25,949 bases of DNA. It comes from a virus. Taxonomy: Duplodnaviria; Caudoviricetes. Position 1 is the stretch's first letter; each line of letters begins with the position of its first letter. A model generated the notes under the pieces. The model ran no database searches, was not told where the DNA came from, and saw only the letters and a list, made by a program, of their open reading frames with translations. Below are positions 22,034 through 25,949 of the stretch, one piece after another. The DNA lies in the IMG/VR virus record IMGVR_UViG_3300037634_002155, positions 1-25,949 of that record; one strand, 5' to 3'. Made by a program: the position numbers and the translations under genes.

Positions 22034-24814
22034 TTATCCTAATTTGTTTCGGGCTTCCATCAGCCGTCTTCTTTCTTGAGGCTGCAACGGCAACCCTTGC
22101 TCTTCCTTACGCAATAAGTCTTGTATGTATGGAGAATTATTTGGATCAGATATTTCTCTCATTCTTTCAACAAACTTTTGTCGGTCAGCAGCATATTTTT
22201 GTCGACCTTTTTCTGGCATTTCATCAAAAAATTCAATTTGTTTTTGCAATTCTTCAAATTCATCTTTGTTTTCTGGCGATAATGGAAATTCAGGTAACTC
22301 AGGTCTTTCTCCGACTCCTAAACGATCTTTAAACGCTTGTCTATTTTCTTCTGAAAACAAATCACCTTCTCCAAGTCGATCAGTAAGACTTTCTAGTAAT
22401 GGATCAAGTCGCTCATCGTCTATGTCAGCACCAGCCAATATTGCACCTACGGTATCCATATCAGCTTGCCTTCCGGCTAACGTCTGCTGGTCGTCTAACA
22501 TTCCGGTCAAGCCAGCCTCACGTAACGATTTTTCAAGGGTGTCTTCGCCCTCAAATTGACCCGTCATACCAGCGCGTGTGGCATCACGTCCTAATGCGGC
22601 TGTATCCAGTTCGCTACCTAATGCTTTGGCTTGCTGAGTCTCTGTTGTTCCACGCTGATCTCCATAGTCAAACCTTCCTGTCTGACCAGCTTCAGCTACC
22701 CTACGCTGTAGGTCTTGCGTGTCTAATCCGCTACGTGTGGTTTCACCTGTTAGTGTTTGTCGGCCATCAACCTCACCAAACAACTGTGACTCTAACTGTT
22801 GGTCTGCTCGACCTTCCTGACCTTCTATTGCTCCACGCTGAGTAGTAGACCTACGTATATCTTCTGCACCCGTACGTTCCTGTAGTCCTGTTTGACGTTC
22901 GCCTAATCCTAACTGGCCTCGCTGTATATCAGATTGTAGTGTCTGCCTACCATCTACTTCGCCAAAGATGTCTGCTTCCTGGCGTTGAGCTTGTAAGGTT
23001 TGTCCATCACCGAATTGTCCTGTTAGTCCGGCATCTGCTCGTTCCTGACCCCTGCGTAACGCATCGAGTTCAGCGTCTTGTCTTCTCGAGGCCATTGTTT
23101 CATCGCGTTCAAATATTCCGGTCTGACCGGCTCTGGCAATATCGCGGTTCAATGCTTGCGTTAAGGTGTCTTGTTGTGATCTGTCTTCCTGTAGCCCCAT
23201 TCCACGTTGACCCAAATCAAATCCTTGTGCATCACGTAAGTCCTGTTGTCTGCGTTGTGCCGCTTGAGCTTCCAATGCTAATCGGTTACGCTCATCGCCT
23301 TCACCCATGCGCGTTAAAGCAGCCGCTGTATCACCACCACCTCGCAACACTCCATAGCGACCTAACTGCTCAACCATTGCTTTACGTTGCTCGTTCTGGC
23401 GTAGTTGCTGATCGGCTAACTGAGAGGCCAAAATAGGATCATCAGCACCACCGACTCTGCTCATGTATTGTTGCCGTAGTGCATCCTCTAACGTGCCAGG
23501 CATCGGTTCAGCTTCGGGCGTTACCACATTTTGTGCAGCAGCCATATCAGCACCGGCCCCTGCAATGTCAGTAGGTATAGTTGGTGCTTGAGCTTCTGCC
23601 ATTGATGGTTGTTGCGTTTGTACAGGCGCACCACCAAAAGCATCTTCGTACTGCTTATTTATGTCATCGCGCTGATCCGTTACGCCCATGCCTTCTTCAT
23701 ACATCTGGTTTATTTGATCTCGCTGACTTACTGCCGGAGCCATGCCTTCAGTGTATTGCCTGTTTATGTCATCGCGTAATGCAGTGGTAAGGTCATCGCC
23801 CTGCACTGTTCCAGCCATGTTTTGCTGAACTTGTGGCGTACCTTGAACGCTACCTGCCATGTTTTGTTGTACTTGCGGTATGCCTTGAACAGCACCTGGC
23901 ATATTCTGTTGAACTTGCGGAGTGCCTTGAACTGATCCAGGTAGGTTTTGTTGAACCTGTGGCGCACCCTGCACTGTGCCAGCCATATTTTGTTGAACTT
24001 GTGGTGTGCCTTGTACACTACCGGGTAAATTTTGCTGAACTGGAACCGCAGGGGCTTGGGCATCAGCCATACTTGGTTGAGCTACCGGCTGTTGCGTTTG
24101 ACCCATTAATGCAAGACGACGTTGTATTTCAGCGCGGTCTGCTGGCGATCTATTTGGATCTGCAAGCGCTTGATTTAATTCTAATGTTTGCTGTGAAAAA
24201 TCAAACGACCCAGCAGGGGCTTCCTGACCTCCAAACATTTCCAGTTGTCTGCGTATTTCGTCTTTATTTTGATGCAAAGGATTTTGTAATGCTCTTTGTA
24301 AATTTTGTATCTGCGCTTGTTTTTCAGCTTCAGGCATCTGAGCAATCGCCATACTCATATTTGTTGGTTGTGGCTGTTGTGCTTGAGCCATTGACTGCTG
24401 TGCCATTGGTTGTTGTTGAGCTTGTGCCATCGTTGGTTGCGGTGCAGATGGAGCTTGCGCTTGAGCCATCGATGGAGCAGGGGGTGGTGGTGGAGGCGGT
24501 GGTGGGGGTGGCGTATTCGCACCCTGACCAGCTTGTGGATTTATATTTTGCTGAAAAACATCTGAACCAGTTGGCCGTCCAGTTCCTATAGCACGATCAC
24601 CATCTTGGTTGTTTGCACCTAATCCACCTCCAGTAGCACCTCCGGCTATGGCAGTAACTAATGGATCTTGGCCTTGTGCTTGTGCCATTGACGGCTGACC
24701 ATACGTCTGTGGCTGTTGGACACCAGCACCTTGCGCTTGGGCCATAGATGGCTGTTTCTTTTTCTTTTTATTTTGCGCGGCCATTGCCCCTGCGTATGAT
24801 TCTTGATATGCCAT
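22034..24814 (-). CDS. Q/P/G-rich repetitive virion (ejection) protein
   Basis: 926 aa, no Cys or Trp; SMAQAQ motifs, poly-Pro, 14-aa tandem repeats, AGxTGxF..xTL repeats. Confidence 0.7.
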   Translation of the reverse strand: MAYQESYAGAMAAQNKKKKKQPSMAQAQGAGVQQPQTYGQPSMAQAQGQDPLVTAIAGGATGGGLGANNQDGDRAIGTGRPTGSDVFQQNINPQAGQGANTPPPPPPPPPPPAPSMAQAQAPSAPQPTMAQAQQQPMAQQSMAQAQQPQPTNMSMAIAQMPEAEKQAQIQNLQRALQNPLHQNKDEIRRQLEMFGGQEAPAGSFDFSQQTLELNQALADPNRSPADRAEIQRRLALMGQTQQPVAQPSMADAQAPAVPVQQNLPGSVQGTPQVQQNMAGTVQGAPQVQQNLPGSVQGTPQVQQNMPGAVQGIPQVQQNMAGSVQGTPQVQQNMAGTVQGDDLTTALRDDINRQYTEGMAPAVSQRDQINQMYEEGMGVTDQRDDINKQYEDAFGGAPVQTQQPSMAEAQAPTIPTDIAGAGADMAAAQNVVTPEAEPMPGTLEDALRQQYMSRVGGADDPILASQLADQQLRQNEQRKAMVEQLGRYGVLRGGGDTAAALTRMGEGDERNRLALEAQAAQRRQQDLRDAQGFDLGQRGMGLQEDRSQQDTLTQALNRDIARAGQTGIFERDETMASRRQDAELDALRRGQERADAGLTGQFGDGQTLQAQRQEADIFGEVDGRQTLQSDIQRGQLGLGERQTGLQERTGAEDIRRSTTQRGAIEGQEGRADQQLESQLFGEVDGRQTLTGETTRSGLDTQDLQRRVAEAGQTGRFDYGDQRGTTETQQAKALGSELDTAALGRDATRAGMTGQFEGEDTLEKSLREAGLTGMLDDQQTLAGRQADMDTVGAILAGADIDDERLDPLLESLTDRLGEGDLFSEENRQAFKDRLGVGERPELPEFPLSPENKDEFEELQKQIEFFDEMPEKGRQKYAADRQKFVERMREISDPNNSPYIQDLLRKEEQGLPLQPQERRRLMEARNKLG
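23799..24040 (-). repeat. About six 42-bp in-frame tandem repeats (VQQN[LM][PA]GxVQGxPQ)
   Basis: Visible in the translation and in the DNA (TTTTGYTGAAC about every 42 bp). Confidence 0.9.
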
Positions 24815-24815
24815 A

Positions 24816-25949
24816 TTATTCTATGCCTGTTTTGCGTTGGCGTACGTTGCCGATAGGCTTGTACTGCAATGACGTACGCCGAATGGTGAATGTTTCATCT
24901 GTGTTGTAATTGGAAATACGTAGGCGAGTTCTTGCATCGTAACCAAATAGGTCACTGTCGCTTGTTAGGCCCGATACGTTAGACTCCAATGTTGAAGTAT
25001 TTAAAACAAACGTGCTGTTTAGTAACGCACCCGTCTGGCCCATCTGAACCGTTTGGAAGTTGCTGACAATACCTGCACTGATCTGAGCTATATCAAGGTC
25101 ATGCGCCCCTTCGTTATCGTAGAGCAATCGGTTATACAACCAGCGACACTCTATCGCATCACCAAACGGTGCAATAGCAGCCGTTTCAAAGCTACCCCGT
25201 ATGGCCGACCCATCGTCGTTTGTGCCGGAGTCATGCTTCATAATATGTCCGGCAAAATCTCCGGCCTGTGGTAAGTCATCTATCAACGCTGCACTGTCAC
25301 GCGAGAACCCGTTATACGGCCCAAACCACGCATTTAATCTTGCAGAGTAAATCACCACACTGTTCATCGTTGTTTGCGATGCACCATAGGGCAAAAAGAA
25401 CCAGACCTGTTCTTGGGCCGGATAATAGAGCGAAAATGAATACGGCAAACGAGACACGTTTAGGTTTGACCAGTATCTGTCATCGAGTGCCAAAGAAATC
25501 TTCTCTACAGAAGAACCGCCTGACCATTGGTAGATGCCGTCATTGCGAACAAATAATTGACGCTCACCAGGAACCGTCACAATGCTTTTACCGGCAACCG
25601 TTCCACGTTGTGTGCGTTGCTGTTGCTGAAAAGGAATCGTTGAGTTACCGGTGGGCGTAAGAGTATGTATGCCCTGCTCTGTGTGGATGGACAATACATT
25701 TTGAAAAGGGCGTAACCCGGTGATGTCAAAACCTAATGAGTAAAACCCTAACGAATCCCACGTTTCAATATCACCCGGATCGCTTCTCCATATCCGATCA
25801 GCGGCTCCATTGATATTGCCTACCCATGCACGATTTTCCCAAAAGGTTACCCATTTAGGCGTGGTGAACCGCGAGTCATCGTCGAGCGTTGCTGCGTTGG
25901 CTGATCCACCCGTCCATTTGATGCCGTCTGTGTCCTGACCGTTTACCGC
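24816..25949 (-). CDS. Tail nozzle / head-stabilisation protein (P22 gp10 / tail tubular B-like), 5'-truncated by the window
   Basis: Frame is open to the window edge (AVNGQDTDGIKWTGG...RIWRSDPGD...ITGLRPF); beta-propeller-like repeats; precedes the ejection genes. Confidence 0.75.
   Translation of the reverse strand, partial: AVNGQDTDGIKWTGGSANAATLDDDSRFTTPKWVTFWENRAWVGNINGAADRIWRSDPGDIETWDSLGFYSLGFDITGLRPFQNVLSIHTEQGIHTLTPTGNSTIPFQQQQRTQRGTVAGKSIVTVPGERQLFVRNDGIYQWSGGSSVEKISLALDDRYWSNLNVSRLPYSFSLYYPAQEQVWFFLPYGASQTTMNSVVIYSARLNAWFGPYNGFSRDSAALIDDLPQAGDFAGHIMKHDSGTNDDGSAIRGSFETAAIAPFGDAIECRWLYNRLLYDNEGAHDLDIAQISAGIVSNFQTVQMGQTGALLNSTFVLNTSTLESNVSGLTSDSDLFGYDARTRLRISNYNTDETFTIRRTSLQYKPIGNVRQRKTGIE

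Larger units (their letters stand above)
1..25949. mobile_element. Fragment of a temperate tailed phage genome (podovirus-like late genes), non-integrated form
   Basis: Integrase, excisionase and intact attP; tail fibres, tail chaperone, ejection-type proteins and holin-like genes; no host housekeeping genes. Confidence 0.93.

Noticed and set aside
22125-24591. Plus-strand ORFs of 144-252 aa opposite the 926-aa gene
   Set aside because: Shadow frames caused by low-complexity Gln-rich codons.
25692-25694. TTG start given by the ORF track for the last gene
   Set aside because: The frame stays open for 85 more codons to the window edge; the true start is outside the window.

Overview
The window is a ~26 kb piece of a temperate, probably podovirus-like (P22-style tail) phage in its free/excised state, since an intact attP sits between xis and int. 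Left to right: (i) a divergent 'early' cassette (1-4530) with a Gp88-like Cys-rich gene on the left arm; acidic hypotheticals, a second XerC/Cre-type tyrosine recombinase and an XRE HTH gene on the right arm; and twin sigma70 promoters flanking phased short-repeat arrays; (ii) a regulatory block (4530-5730) with a loxP-like site, a repeat-bounded structured segment, an XRE regulator with an NTF2/SnoaL-like C-terminus and a likely ~80 nt sRNA; (iii) a recombination/replication-accessory operon (SSB-like, RusA-like, PD-(D/E)xK-like, LexA DNA-binding domain only, excisionase); (iv) attP with a tRNA-Lys(UUU) 3' half and the integrase; (v) the distal end of the leftward late operon (tail nozzle, four probable ejection proteins, tail fibres and chaperone, MscS-like and holin-like membrane proteins). 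The most unusual part is the early cassette. A 10-nt leader motif shared by both early transcripts recurs in antisense orientation at the 3' end of the recombinase operon, next to the loxP-like site. All protein calls come from motif recognition by eye; no database searches were run.
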